Positions 27,764-37,628 of a DNA stretch of 64,000 nt are shown here, one piece after another (the first letter of the stretch is position 1; the number at the start of each line of letters is the position of its first letter). The translations under genes were made by a program, and so were the position numbers. The stretch comes from an uncultured Candidatus Poseidoniales archaeon (lineage in GTDB: Archaea > Thermoplasmatota > Poseidoniia > Poseidoniales > CAYMED01). Under the pieces are notes generated by a model. It searched no databases, had not been told where the DNA came from, and saw nothing but the letters and a program-made list of their open reading frames with translations. Location of the stretch: positions 103,780 through 167,779 of the forward strand of contig CAYMED010000001.1 in the NCBI GenBank assembly GCA_964389655.1, written 5' to 3'.

Positions 27764-29689
27764 TCATTCTAGGGTATCAATCCTGTCAGCATGCTTGGCA
27801 AGAATTTTGGGTATGCGTGGTTTGAGTGTAGGGGTCATCAGTCCATTTGTCGAAGGGTCCCACGCTTCGTGATCGAGGATTACTGTTGCTGGCTTTTCAT
27901 AGGCCTTCCACACAGGTTCTAGACAAATATCATTACGCAAGTGTTCAAGAACGTGATTTTGTACTTCCTCATTTCGACATAATTCAGCTAAGGAACCACT
28001 GCTATTGATTCCAGACTTGACTAATGATGATTTGAGTTCATCTTCCTTTGGCACCACGACGACGAAAGTACGTGTCCGATCCCTTCCACCAAGGATTGCT
28101 TGTTCGATGAGCGGAGATGTGGAAAGTGTTGCTTCAAGCACGCCAGCAGCAACGAATTTACCATTTGCCAATTTCCACGTATTCTTTAGGCGACCAGTAA
28201 TTGCAAGATATCCCTCTTCAGTAAGACGTCCCACATCCCCTGTTCGGTACCATCCGTCTTCCGTCATGACTTCAGCAGTACGTTCTTCATCACGCCAATA
28301 TCCTTGGAATACATTTGGCCCACAAACCTGAATTTCACCTTGATCTGGATTTTCATCATCATCGTATTCTTCAGTTGCAATACGTACCTCGACCCCAGGA
28401 ATTGGCTTTCCGACGGTTCTGAGCTTGCTTCCACCAGGTCCCATCCACCCATTTGCAGCAACCATGGGGGAAAGTTCACTTGCCCCATACCCTTCATAGC
28501 AAGCCAAACTTGCTTGTTGGACAAATGCGGCCACATCAGGATTTAGTGCAGCAGCCCCTGATATGCAGAATCTGATCTTTCCTCCGAAGCGAGCCCGAAC
28601 TTTGCCCCAAACAAGTTTATCCACCTTTTTCTCTAACCAACCACTGGCTGGGACAGCGTCACAATCAATTCCTGACGCAATAATTCGCTTTTTTGCATCT
28701 TTTCTTGCCTTAGCAACCAATTTTGCTTTTAGTCCAGTAGCTCCATCAAGTTGACCAGATACTCTTTCATGAAATGTATCCCATATGCGTGGTACTGCAC
28801 AGATGTAGGTCGGTTTGATCCGCATTGCTTCATCGGCCAATCGTTTTGGATCGCTAACGATATTCACGTGTACTCCTGCACGTAAACTCCAATGCAAATC
28901 TATCGCTTGTCCAAACGAGTGTGCCCATGGAAGAAATGCTGCTGACCGATCTCCTTCTCCGATTTCAAAGCAACCTTGTACGCTAATTATATTTGAGAGT
29001 ATATTCCAGTTTGACAGCATGACTCCCTTTGCTTTTGCCCCTGATGTGCCAGATGTCCAAATAAGTGAGGCTAACGCATTTGGGTCATTTGCCATATTTG
29101 ATTTGGAGATTGGGTCCAATTTCCGTCCATGTATGATCAAATCTCGCCATGCTTGGACCTTGATTCCAGTAGGTGCTTTTGGGGAGGCTTCTTCATCGTC
29201 AATAATGACCACACCTGCACTTGGCCATGCTTTTGGGTTTGTTCCCATCACTTCAGAAACACGTTCAAAAACATCCAAGTCAGAGACCAAAAGAAGTTTT
29301 GGCTCCGCTTCAGAAATAATATGTAACCAGTCTTCAGGAAGTACATGGGTATAGGTTGCAGTATGCACGGCGCCTAGGCGATTAGATGCATAAGCAGACA
29401 CAGCCCATTGTGGGCAATTATCGAGTATCATCATGATTCGATCTCCTGCCTCAATTCCCATATCCGAAAATGAAGCAGCAGCAGCATCGATCATTCCCCC
29501 CAATTCATTGAATGATATATTGACTGGGGGCATCTCTTGTCCAGTTCTGAAACCTAGTGCTGGGCGATCCCCATAACGGTCCACTGCAATACGAATCATT
29601 TCATCTAGAGTTTTTGGATCATCCTTGATTGGGCCAGACCAATCCCGATCTGCCTCTGAGCGTTTGTAGACAAGCCTATCACCCGACAT
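27764..29689 (-). CDS. Long-chain fatty acid-CoA ligase
   Basis: WTSGTSG..KGV, EGYGASE, YRTGDVG, GRLKN. Confidence 0.9.
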   Translation of the reverse strand: MSGDRLVYKRSEADRDWSGPIKDDPKTLDEMIRIAVDRYGDRPALGFRTGQEMPPVNISFNELGGMIDAAAASFSDMGIEAGDRIMMILDNCPQWAVSAYASNRLGAVHTATYTHVLPEDWLHIISEAEPKLLLVSDLDVFERVSEVMGTNPKAWPSAGVVIIDDEEASPKAPTGIKVQAWRDLIIHGRKLDPISKSNMANDPNALASLIWTSGTSGAKAKGVMLSNWNILSNIISVQGCFEIGEGDRSAAFLPWAHSFGQAIDLHWSLRAGVHVNIVSDPKRLADEAMRIKPTYICAVPRIWDTFHERVSGQLDGATGLKAKLVAKARKDAKKRIIASGIDCDAVPASGWLEKKVDKLVWGKVRARFGGKIRFCISGAAALNPDVAAFVQQASLACYEGYGASELSPMVAANGWMGPGGSKLRTVGKPIPGVEVRIATEEYDDDENPDQGEIQVCGPNVFQGYWRDEERTAEVMTEDGWYRTGDVGRLTEEGYLAITGRLKNTWKLANGKFVAAGVLEATLSTSPLIEQAILGGRDRTRTFVVVVPKEDELKSSLVKSGINSSGSLAELCRNEEVQNHVLEHLRNDICLEPVWKAYEKPATVILDHEAWDPSTNGLMTPTLKPRIPKILAKHADRIDTLE

Positions 29690-29731
29690 GGCTAGCGCAC
29701 AACGCCTCTCCCTGAAAAAATCACACCCACG

Positions 29732-30466
29732 TTAGAAACCCAGCACATTAGCGAATGAAGCACGCCAATCAGCCCCCCCATTCCGATTTGAAGCCGGATT
29801 CGCAGGACTTGGATGTGGAATGTGATCAACAATAATTTTACCTCCATCAAACAATTTTCTTGCACATTTCTCTGCATATCTTCCAACACCAATGACGCGG
29901 CTTATGTTGAGGACTTGAGCAACATCATTGAGGTGTTGGTCACAAATACTTGTGAGTTCTTTTGCCACATCTCCCCGCAGTTTATCAGGTGTAATATTTC
30001 GTCCATCTTTATCAAACATCCATAGGGGGCAATGATTGGCAACTAGTAAATGCCGATGGATTTCTTTAGCATTTCCAAAATGTGTGGAAAGAAATCCCCA
30101 AATTCTTCGTCCAGATATTTCCACTTTTGGGCATGAAAGTCCATACACCTTCCTCTTTGGGTGTGTTTTTGCAGGTTCCTTTACTTCCAAATTAGTGATT
30201 TTGAGGACATCACGAACTTTTTCTGGACATCCAAATGGGACCCCTGTGTTCCCCATCCCATGACCTGGATTCATCCCAACAAGGAGAGTTTTTGCCCCCA
30301 AACCCCCAAATCGTTCTAGATATGCTTTGTGAGGTTCCCAAGCATATTCTAGAGGATTGTAAATCCAAGCAACTGGTCCCTTGCTCATGAGTAATTGCTG
30401 AGCCACCGAAGTGGAATGGTCCCGCAAATTTTCAGCAGCAGATACGAGACCTTCAACAACATTCAT
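29732..30466 (-). CDS. SMUG1-family (family 3) uracil-DNA glycosylase
   Basis: YNPLEYAW, GMNPG, TGVPFG, EISGRR, NHCPL, HPSPANP. Confidence 0.88.
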   Translation of the reverse strand: MNVVEGLVSAAENLRDHSTSVAQQLLMSKGPVAWIYNPLEYAWEPHKAYLERFGGLGAKTLLVGMNPGHGMGNTGVPFGCPEKVRDVLKITNLEVKEPAKTHPKRKVYGLSCPKVEISGRRIWGFLSTHFGNAKEIHRHLLVANHCPLWMFDKDGRNITPDKLRGDVAKELTSICDQHLNDVAQVLNISRVIGVGRYAEKCARKLFDGGKIIVDHIPHPSPANPASNRNGGADWRASFANVLGF

Positions 30467-32184
30467 GTCCAATCCTCCAGTACTAATCGTGCCAATTCGG
30501 GTATGTCGAGATTAGCCAAATCAAACCATTCCTTGATATCACTAATGCTGGAATTTGAAGCCACAGCCTTTGCCCGCTCAGAGACCAGCCTCCAAGCAGA
30601 TTTTGCTCCAATTCCTGGGATCGATGCTAATTGTTTTTCAGAGACATGCTCGCATCTTATACCAATTTCAACTCCCGTAAGTGAGCGTGAACCATGGCCG
30701 GTTACAAGTACGTCTGATGCAGTTTCAAGTGGGATGAGATATGGTACACCAACAAGGAGGGGATACGCTCCAATTTGGCGACCAAACGTGATTCCTCCTT
30801 TTCCATGAATCATGGGATCTTTGTGCTTGTGTAAATGAACATGGTCAGGCAGTCTTGTCCGGCTGTTATGTGATTCCCAGTGCACATGATTTAGACGCTG
30901 TCCGATTGGAAACATTTCGCGAACAAGGCTAGAATCAACCGCTTTGCGGACAAATGTCTTGAATTCATCAAAATCACTCTTATTGACCTCTTGAAATCCT
31001 TCCCCTTCGACTTGTCGAATATTGATCCGACGCAACCATAATCCTTCGTCGACCAAAGATTGGAGAAAAGTACGATTGAGGTTGTATGAATGGGACGTTT
31101 CACCGTTAAGACCAGCAATAAAATTCAATCCCGGCAATAGTTGGGGTAACCCTCGTTTTCCCCTTTTTCGCCCATATTGATTTACATGCCGAATTGCAGT
31201 CAAAAGTTGATCTGAATTACAGTTTAGCCAGTTTAACTCGTGTACGGTGGGATCAACAGATTCCAACCCGAATGAAAGAACAGCACCATCCGAGAGTGTT
31301 TCAACAAGAGTTTTTGTAATCTCGGTAGAGGGTTCAATATGTTCTGAGATGATGCTAGGGTTGGCATTGTCTACATGGAGAATATCTAGTCGTTCATCAT
31401 CCCTCAGAGAATAAAGAAGTTCGGCAATTGGTTCAGGGTTTGGTATTGGATATTCGAGTTCTTGAATTCCTTCAGCCATGTATGTGTACACATCAGTCAT
31501 TCCACCTAGACGAATATGCTTGACGCCGTGATCAAGAGCAACAGATGCTTCTTCAATCACGTCTTTTGGGGTCCTCCAAATTGGCATCCCTTTCTTTGGT
31601 TCAATACAGAAGCGACACCCTCGCTTATACCGAACACAACCTTGGTATACTTCGATTTCATAGATCAAGGGCCCTCCAATATCAGGATGGTTTCTCACAG
31701 ATCGTGAAGATGCCCCTGCAATCGCCCATTTATTCCATTCATCATTTGTCCTTCTTTGTTGCTTGAAAAAACCCGTACCGAGAAATTGATTGAGTGATGC
31801 ATCTATATCTTGAACTGCGAAGAATAAATTTTCTCTGAATGGCAACCGGCCCTTCTGTTTCCACCCTCTTATTGCCCATCCTCCGGCCAGAAAAGGAAGG
31901 TGCTTTGGTGCCTCAGCAATGAGGTCGCACGCTTCTTTACACGAAATTGGCGTGCCACGCAAATATTTCCCTGGCACGATCGCTCCAGCAACAAGAACAA
32001 TGCCCTCGACATCTGAAAAATCTAATTTTTGACTATGCCGTAAATGATCTATGGTTAGATATCTGTAGTCAATCCCTCTCAGTTCCAATACACCACATAC
32101 ATACCGTACATGAAATCCAATATAGGGGGGGACGCCAAAGGCAGCTGGTTCATCTTCGTAGCCATCTATGATGAGCCAAGTCAA
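30463..32184 (-). CDS. Radical SAM protein with C-terminal helix-hairpin-helix (COG1031-like)
   Basis: IDGYEDEPAAFGVPPY, GCVRYKRGCRFC, LRRINIRQV, GRQIGAYP, IPGIG. Confidence 0.85.
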   Translation of the reverse strand: MTWLIIDGYEDEPAAFGVPPYIGFHVRYVCGVLELRGIDYRYLTIDHLRHSQKLDFSDVEGIVLVAGAIVPGKYLRGTPISCKEACDLIAEAPKHLPFLAGGWAIRGWKQKGRLPFRENLFFAVQDIDASLNQFLGTGFFKQQRRTNDEWNKWAIAGASSRSVRNHPDIGGPLIYEIEVYQGCVRYKRGCRFCIEPKKGMPIWRTPKDVIEEASVALDHGVKHIRLGGMTDVYTYMAEGIQELEYPIPNPEPIAELLYSLRDDERLDILHVDNANPSIISEHIEPSTEITKTLVETLSDGAVLSFGLESVDPTVHELNWLNCNSDQLLTAIRHVNQYGRKRGKRGLPQLLPGLNFIAGLNGETSHSYNLNRTFLQSLVDEGLWLRRINIRQVEGEGFQEVNKSDFDEFKTFVRKAVDSSLVREMFPIGQRLNHVHWESHNSRTRLPDHVHLHKHKDPMIHGKGGITFGRQIGAYPLLVGVPYLIPLETASDVLVTGHGSRSLTGVEIGIRCEHVSEKQLASIPGIGAKSAWRLVSERAKAVASNSSISDIKEWFDLANLDIPELARLVLEDWT

Positions 32185-32230
32185 GAACTATCCCCTGCTT
32201 TGGGTATGGGCCATCTAAAATGAGTGTTGG

Positions 32231-33643
32231 CTATTCGTTTAGGCGCGATTCAAATTCGTTGCGAGAGATACTCCCTTCCTCAAGCATGGCCTGAAGTTCT
32301 CGTTTGGATTTTCTTTCTTTTGATCTATCTGTTCCAAGGCCAATTTTCTTATTTCCACCCTTTTGGCCAGATGGTTGCACATTTACTGGGCGGCCAAGTA
32401 TCTTGGATCGATGAAGCTTTTCAATTGCTTTACTCGCATTTTCAGGTGTCTCAAAAGTTACGAATCCGAACCCCCTTGAGCGCCCTGAATCCCGATCCTT
32501 CATGGCGATTGCATCGATCACAGTTCCGATTTGAGAGAAATGCTTGTGTAAATCAGTTGTTTCAGCTGCATGTGCTAAATTTCCAACGAATATCTTGCAT
32601 GCTGGATCGAATTTTCGTTTTCCCCCTCCCCTTTGATTCCCCTTCCCTTTCTTATCATCACCCGCTGGCCGAACACTAATTTTTGATCCTTGCATTTCTT
32701 TTCCATTAAGGTGGCCTATTGCACGTTTTGCTTCTTCAGGTGAGGACATTGTCACGAATCCAAATCCGCGTGGTTCGCGAGTATCTTTGTCTCGAACAGC
32801 AAATGCATCAGCAACGACTCCAACAACGGAGAAATGGTCATTGAGGTCTGATGTTTCAGCAGTTTTTGGCAAATTTCCCACAAATAGCCTACATGCCGGA
32901 TCAAATGCATCTCGCGGTGAATCATTGCGCAATTGGATTCCTCTTTCTCGGCGGCTTGCCGCCCATTCAGCCTCCACATTTGCAGCCCATCGTTTTCCAC
33001 TGTTATTTAGCCGACTTATTTCTTCATCAGAAGATAGGGCATAACCATGGCCAAATCCATCTGACAAATTCCGAAACTCGCGCAATTTGCATGGATGACA
33101 AACGACATTGAAATCCCCATGACCTTCAGCATCAAGGGGAAAGCCACAGTTTGTGCATTGTGCATGGAGAACTCCTAATTCGCCTCCTTTTTTTGTTGAC
33201 AATCGAACAATGGGGTCGGTGTCAATTACTTTTGCACGCAATATATCTCTTTTCCGCATTGAATTTCTAGGTTCGGGAAGAAAACGGTCAACGATCTCAT
33301 GAACCGCAATTTCTCCATATTCAAATTGAGGGATGATGCCAGTTGCAGTACTTCCTTCAATCTGTAAAATACGTATTTCTACTGAACTATTGTTGAGCCG
33401 AACAACTTCTCCAATAACAACATCGCCCTTTTCCACTTTCCCCAATCCTGAATTAATCGCATCAACACGGATTGTATTATTTGAGCGATGTACATGTCCA
33501 AGGACAGTTGCAACAAGCTGTTCTCCAAATTCAGCCACGCCACTCCCGGCTTCAGTTCCATTTGATGCGCAGATGATCGTTCCGGGAGTCACGAGTTCCT
33601 TTGAGGGGTTATCCACGTCTTGAGGGGCTCGGGTTCTGCTCAT
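32231..33643 (-). CDS. csl4: Exosome cap subunit Csl4 fused to two RRM domains
   Basis: LVTPG, KGDVVIGEV (S1), DILRAKV, LGVLHAQCTNC..CHPC..EFRNLS; then LFVGNL..RGFGFVTM and IFVGNL..RGFGFVTF. Confidence 0.85.
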   Translation of the reverse strand: MSRTRAPQDVDNPSKELVTPGTIICASNGTEAGSGVAEFGEQLVATVLGHVHRSNNTIRVDAINSGLGKVEKGDVVIGEVVRLNNSSVEIRILQIEGSTATGIIPQFEYGEIAVHEIVDRFLPEPRNSMRKRDILRAKVIDTDPIVRLSTKKGGELGVLHAQCTNCGFPLDAEGHGDFNVVCHPCKLREFRNLSDGFGHGYALSSDEEISRLNNSGKRWAANVEAEWAASRRERGIQLRNDSPRDAFDPACRLFVGNLPKTAETSDLNDHFSVVGVVADAFAVRDKDTREPRGFGFVTMSSPEEAKRAIGHLNGKEMQGSKISVRPAGDDKKGKGNQRGGGKRKFDPACKIFVGNLAHAAETTDLHKHFSQIGTVIDAIAMKDRDSGRSRGFGFVTFETPENASKAIEKLHRSKILGRPVNVQPSGQKGGNKKIGLGTDRSKERKSKRELQAMLEEGSISRNEFESRLNE

Positions 33644-33660
33644 CAATCTGTTGACCTTTT

Positions 33661-34341
33661 CTACGAAGAATATCGCAGGCATCTCCATCCCCTGACTTGG
33701 GTTTTTTTTGCAGAACTACGGTGATAGATTTGTGTTGCTGGTAAGCGATATTCAGCATCAAAGATCACTTCTGAGTTCCATCCATATTCCTCGGCTAATC
33801 GTTCAATGTGGGAGGCTGTAGCAGCATGAAGTATGTGTATGGCTTTTGCGTTAGATGTGAATGCAGCTACCATTAGAGGGCGATCTGCCCCTCGGTTTAT
33901 TGTGCCAAAAGGTGGATTCATCAAAATTGTGGCTGGCTGCAATATGTCTGGCCATTTCTCATCAATATTTGCATTCAATATAGTAACCTTTGGCGAATCT
34001 TCTTTGGGCCAGTTGCCGTGTATTGGTGGCCATCCTTTGATCTCACCTGTTGTGAGACCGAGACTTTTGGCAGCAAATACCGAAGAAGCCGCTCTTTCCT
34101 GATTCCTTTCAATCAAGAGGACTGGCTTTCCACTAATCAGGTGTGCTCCAATTCCTAATATGCCTCCTCCTGCACCAAGATCGGCAATAGGCCCTTTTGT
34201 TAAATCTCCAAGTCGAAATGCGATCTCAAGCCATCGTGCAGCTAAATCTCCTTCGGTATTCCATGCTTCATCTTCTGGACCTGCAGAAGGCGGCGTTGGC
34301 AAAGCCGATAATCGCATTGCTAGGTCACGCAATCGCATCAA
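33661..34341 (-). CDS. METTL5-like SAM-dependent methyltransferase (COG2263-like)
   Basis: DLGAGGGILGIGA, MNPPFG, ADRP; next to csl4 as in other archaea. Confidence 0.82.
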   Translation of the reverse strand: MMRLRDLAMRLSALPTPPSAGPEDEAWNTEGDLAARWLEIAFRLGDLTKGPIADLGAGGGILGIGAHLISGKPVLLIERNQERAASSVFAAKSLGLTTGEIKGWPPIHGNWPKEDSPKVTILNANIDEKWPDILQPATILMNPPFGTINRGADRPLMVAAFTSNAKAIHILHAATASHIERLAEEYGWNSEVIFDAEYRLPATQIYHRSSAKKTQVRGWRCLRYSS

Positions 34342-34348
34342 CTTCGCC

Positions 34349-34636
34349 TCAAGTCTTGCGCATCAAATCCTTGAGGTTAGCAGACATATGCATTCGCCGC
34401 GCGCGGTGTTCTGCAGCCGATCGTTGTGCATTTTGAGAAACTTGTTGATCATGTGCATCAGGCACTTTCCAGTTTTCTGGCTTTGGGGCATTAGCAATTT
34501 GTGCTCCATTTCTATTTCCTGCTGCTTCACGTTGTAGTTCTTCGGACTCAATAATGCCGATCAAAGTGGCTCCACAAACTGCGCAAGCGGGAGTGCCTTC
34601 TCCTGCCACTTGTCCACAAGCCGTGCAGTAAACCAT
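34349..34636 (-). CDS. Small zinc-ribbon protein
   Basis: CTACG...CAVCG at the N-terminus. Confidence 0.6.
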   Translation of the reverse strand: MVYCTACGQVAGEGTPACAVCGATLIGIIESEELQREAAGNRNGAQIANAPKPENWKVPDAHDQQVSQNAQRSAAEHRARRMHMSANLKDLMRKT

Positions 34637-34674
34637 ACGAATGCCTATCCCCTTTCGTGTATGAAACCCACTGT

Positions 34675-35727
34675 TCATCCTGCGACTTTAATGAATAGTG
34701 AATATTCATCTACACCTGCTGCGACTGCTCGGTCACTAGCAGATTGGAATTCTGGATGCTCAAGAATTTCAGAACCTTCAAGCCCTTCTCCCCGTAATTT
34801 GGCTATGAGGTCATCAATTTCTTTTTCCATTGTTGAAGCCGTCGAAGTACTTGAGGGGGTGATCTCTGAAATAATGTCTTGTGGTCCACTTAATGTTGAC
34901 TTTGGTGCATCTGTGGAGGATAATGGAATTGGTTGAATCGTCTGCCCTGTTGCCTGAATCACTTGCCCAACTGGTTGTGCTGGCATTTGGGTGGGTGGGT
35001 TTGGCATTGCTCCTTGTGCTGCCATTGCTTGCTGCATCCAAATTTGCTGCATCTGCATCATTTGAGCCTGTTGCATTGCCATCATTTGCTCATTAGTCCA
35101 GCCCTGCTGCATCTGCTGTGTGGCTGGCAAAACTTGGGTTGATGCAGAGTCAGCAGGGCGTGAACTGACTTTTGCAACCATCGTGCCCACATCATTCGGT
35201 AATGCCTGTGGTGTTTCTCCAGTTGGAATGAATATGAACGCTCTGCCAACAAGATGGTCTGGTCGCATGCCCATTGGGAAAAAGTCAATCTTCGGAAGTT
35301 CCGGATGCCGCCACATAGACCATGTTTGAGAATTGAAGTCCATTCTCGTAGGGACCGGAATTCCAGCAGGTATGGGAGTAATTTTGACAGAATGATCAAG
35401 CCAATCACTTCCTCGTAAACCCGCAACCCATTGTTCAACATCTTTACGCGCAATATCGACAATCTGATAGGAAGCTGACATTAAGTCAAGACCTTGACTT
35501 TCTAGAACTTCAGACTCAGCGCCAGGCCGGAAGAAGAGCGTAATTACGGGTTCATGCAAGCTTATCGTTTCTCCACGCTTTTGGAATGCAGGTCTATCTG
35601 CTCGCCGACACATGATTAGGAATCTCGTTCTGTCGCTAGAAGTACCCAGTTCTCCCCATTTCCGGCCTTCTGCCTCATCAAGGAGCTCCGCGATGGTTAC
35701 TCGATCAACGATCTCAAGTCTAGCCAC
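34675..35727 (-). CDS. Hypothetical protein with Q/M-rich linker
   Basis: 350-aa ORF; QQMQQ...QMMAMQQAQMMQMQQ segment. Confidence 0.7.
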   Translation of the reverse strand: MARLEIVDRVTIAELLDEAEGRKWGELGTSSDRTRFLIMCRRADRPAFQKRGETISLHEPVITLFFRPGAESEVLESQGLDLMSASYQIVDIARKDVEQWVAGLRGSDWLDHSVKITPIPAGIPVPTRMDFNSQTWSMWRHPELPKIDFFPMGMRPDHLVGRAFIFIPTGETPQALPNDVGTMVAKVSSRPADSASTQVLPATQQMQQGWTNEQMMAMQQAQMMQMQQIWMQQAMAAQGAMPNPPTQMPAQPVGQVIQATGQTIQPIPLSSTDAPKSTLSGPQDIISEITPSSTSTASTMEKEIDDLIAKLRGEGLEGSEILEHPEFQSASDRAVAAGVDEYSLFIKVAG

Positions 35728-35823
35728 AATATTGACCGGAGCATGTATTTGGCTTGACCATTATGCCGTTGAGCATCATATTTTCCCGCAACAATGACAG
35801 GATGTATGCCGTCCGGTCTGACA

Positions 35824-36882
35824 ATGGCTCTGGAAAATTTGGCCAATACTCCCGTTCTAGTGACTGGTGGTGCTGGCTTCATAGGATCACACTTGTGTCA
35901 GAAACTCTCTGAGATTGGCTCACGAGTCATGATCCTTGATAATCTGGATACTGGCTCAGTAAATCGCCTTCCAGCAAACCTATGCCATCTTCGTTCAGAC
36001 CAATCTGAGGGTGCTTGGACACATTGTAGTTCAGATACGCCAGTGCTAGTAGAGGGCTCGATAGTGGATCATGAACTTGTCAAAACGCTTCTCAAAGGTG
36101 CAATCTCAGTCATCCATCTGGCCGCGATTGCTTCAGTCCAGCGAAGTCTTGACAACCCATTACTCCACAGATCTGTAAATATAGAAGCAACTAGAAACCT
36201 TATCGATGAATGCGATGAATTAACCAATATTCGATCCTTTTTGTTTGCTTCCTCCGCTGCAATATATGGAACAACAGATCAGTTGCCTATTGTAGAATCC
36301 ACTGGAAAAAACCCAACATCAATTTATGGTAAAGGAAAATGGCTTGCTGAACGACTTGTACTCGGAAAGGAAGGTGGAATGGACGAATGGATTTCAGCAT
36401 CCAAGCCCCGAAGAACTCCTGTTTCAGGACTGCGCTTCTTCAATGTGTATGGACCCGGGCAAGACCCTTCTAGCCCTTATAGTGGGGTCCTTTCAATATT
36501 TCATGACTTGGCTAAAAACGGGCAACCTATCACCATACATGGTGATGGGAAGCAATCGAGAGATTTCATACATGTATCTGATGTGGTATCAGCAATTGTT
36601 GATGTAACTCACGCTCTCTTAGAAGGGGGCGTTGCTTCAGCCCTACATGCACAAGCATTCAATATTTCCACGGGATCTGGGGTGAGTTTACTGAATGTTA
36701 TTGACATTCTTGAGGCAGAATATGGACCGCTTGATGTTGAGCATGGGCCTGTACGAGAGGGAGATATCAAGCACAGCCATGGTTCATCTGACTTAATCCA
36801 ACAATGCACAATTTGGAAACCAAATGTGTTGCTAAAGGAAGGTCTTGTTTCTCTTATTTCTGACGACCGACCTTTGGCCTGA
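35824..36882 (+). CDS. NAD-dependent epimerase/dehydratase (GalE-like)
   Basis: TGGAGFIGSH, HLAA, SSAAIYG, YGKGK, RFFNVYGP. Confidence 0.9.
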   Translation: MALENLANTPVLVTGGAGFIGSHLCQKLSEIGSRVMILDNLDTGSVNRLPANLCHLRSDQSEGAWTHCSSDTPVLVEGSIVDHELVKTLLKGAISVIHLAAIASVQRSLDNPLLHRSVNIEATRNLIDECDELTNIRSFLFASSAAIYGTTDQLPIVESTGKNPTSIYGKGKWLAERLVLGKEGGMDEWISASKPRRTPVSGLRFFNVYGPGQDPSSPYSGVLSIFHDLAKNGQPITIHGDGKQSRDFIHVSDVVSAIVDVTHALLEGGVASALHAQAFNISTGSGVSLLNVIDILEAEYGPLDVEHGPVREGDIKHSHGSSDLIQQCTIWKPNVLLKEGLVSLISDDRPLA

Positions 36883-37615
36883 TGGGTTCGGGAACCAAGC
36901 GTCGTGCAATGATTTTTCGGATGATTCTTGCTCCGTCAGATATAGACCCTAATTTTGCATCTCCAATTCGGCATTTGTAACTGATTGGGATTTCAGAAAA
37001 TCTGAGATTTGTACGGCAGCATGCAGCATACATTTCAGCTTCTATTTCAAAATGTATTGAGTTGAGTTTAGGCAGTATTTTTTCGATTGTCCTTCGCTTA
37101 AATGCCCAATATCCAGTACATATATCTGAAATATACGTGCCATGAAGAACAACAGCAGACCAGGTCAAAAGATGATTTCCCACATAATTCAGCCTACTCA
37201 TCGCTCCTTCCTCGATTGATCCACGGATCCGGCTACCAATTACTACATCGATATTATCTGTTAATTTGTCCAACAAGCGTGTAATGTCTTTTGGGTCATA
37301 TGTGCCATCTGCATCAAGCATGATGAGGACATCATCGCCATTAATGAGGAATTCGGCGAATGCTTCGCGCATAGCAATTCCTTTCCCGCGCGGACCTTTC
37401 TGGATAAGCAAGTCACACCCGGCATCGAGAGCAATTTGCTGTGTTCCATCTGTAGATCGTCCATCTACCACAAGTATCCGCAGGTCATATCCAGCAGCAG
37501 AGATTTCATGGTAGGGGATTTGATTTAGAACCTTAGGCAATGCTCTGGCCTCATCAAGAGTTGGTAGCATCACAGTGAGCCGCTGCATTGGTGGTTCGAA
37601 AGAGTCAGAGACCAT
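36854..37615 (-). CDS. GT2 polyprenol-phosphate glycosyltransferase (DPM1-like)
   Basis: PTLDEA, VDGRSTDGT, GKG, MLDADGTY, GSR, FEIEAEM. Confidence 0.9.
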   Translation of the reverse strand: MVSDSFEPPMQRLTVMLPTLDEARALPKVLNQIPYHEISAAGYDLRILVVDGRSTDGTQQIALDAGCDLLIQKGPRGKGIAMREAFAEFLINGDDVLIMLDADGTYDPKDITRLLDKLTDNIDVVIGSRIRGSIEEGAMSRLNYVGNHLLTWSAVVLHGTYISDICTGYWAFKRRTIEKILPKLNSIHFEIEAEMYAACCRTNLRFSEIPISYKCRIGDAKLGSISDGARIIRKIIARRLVPEPIRPKVGRQK

Positions 37616-37628
37616 AGTAAATCCGCCT

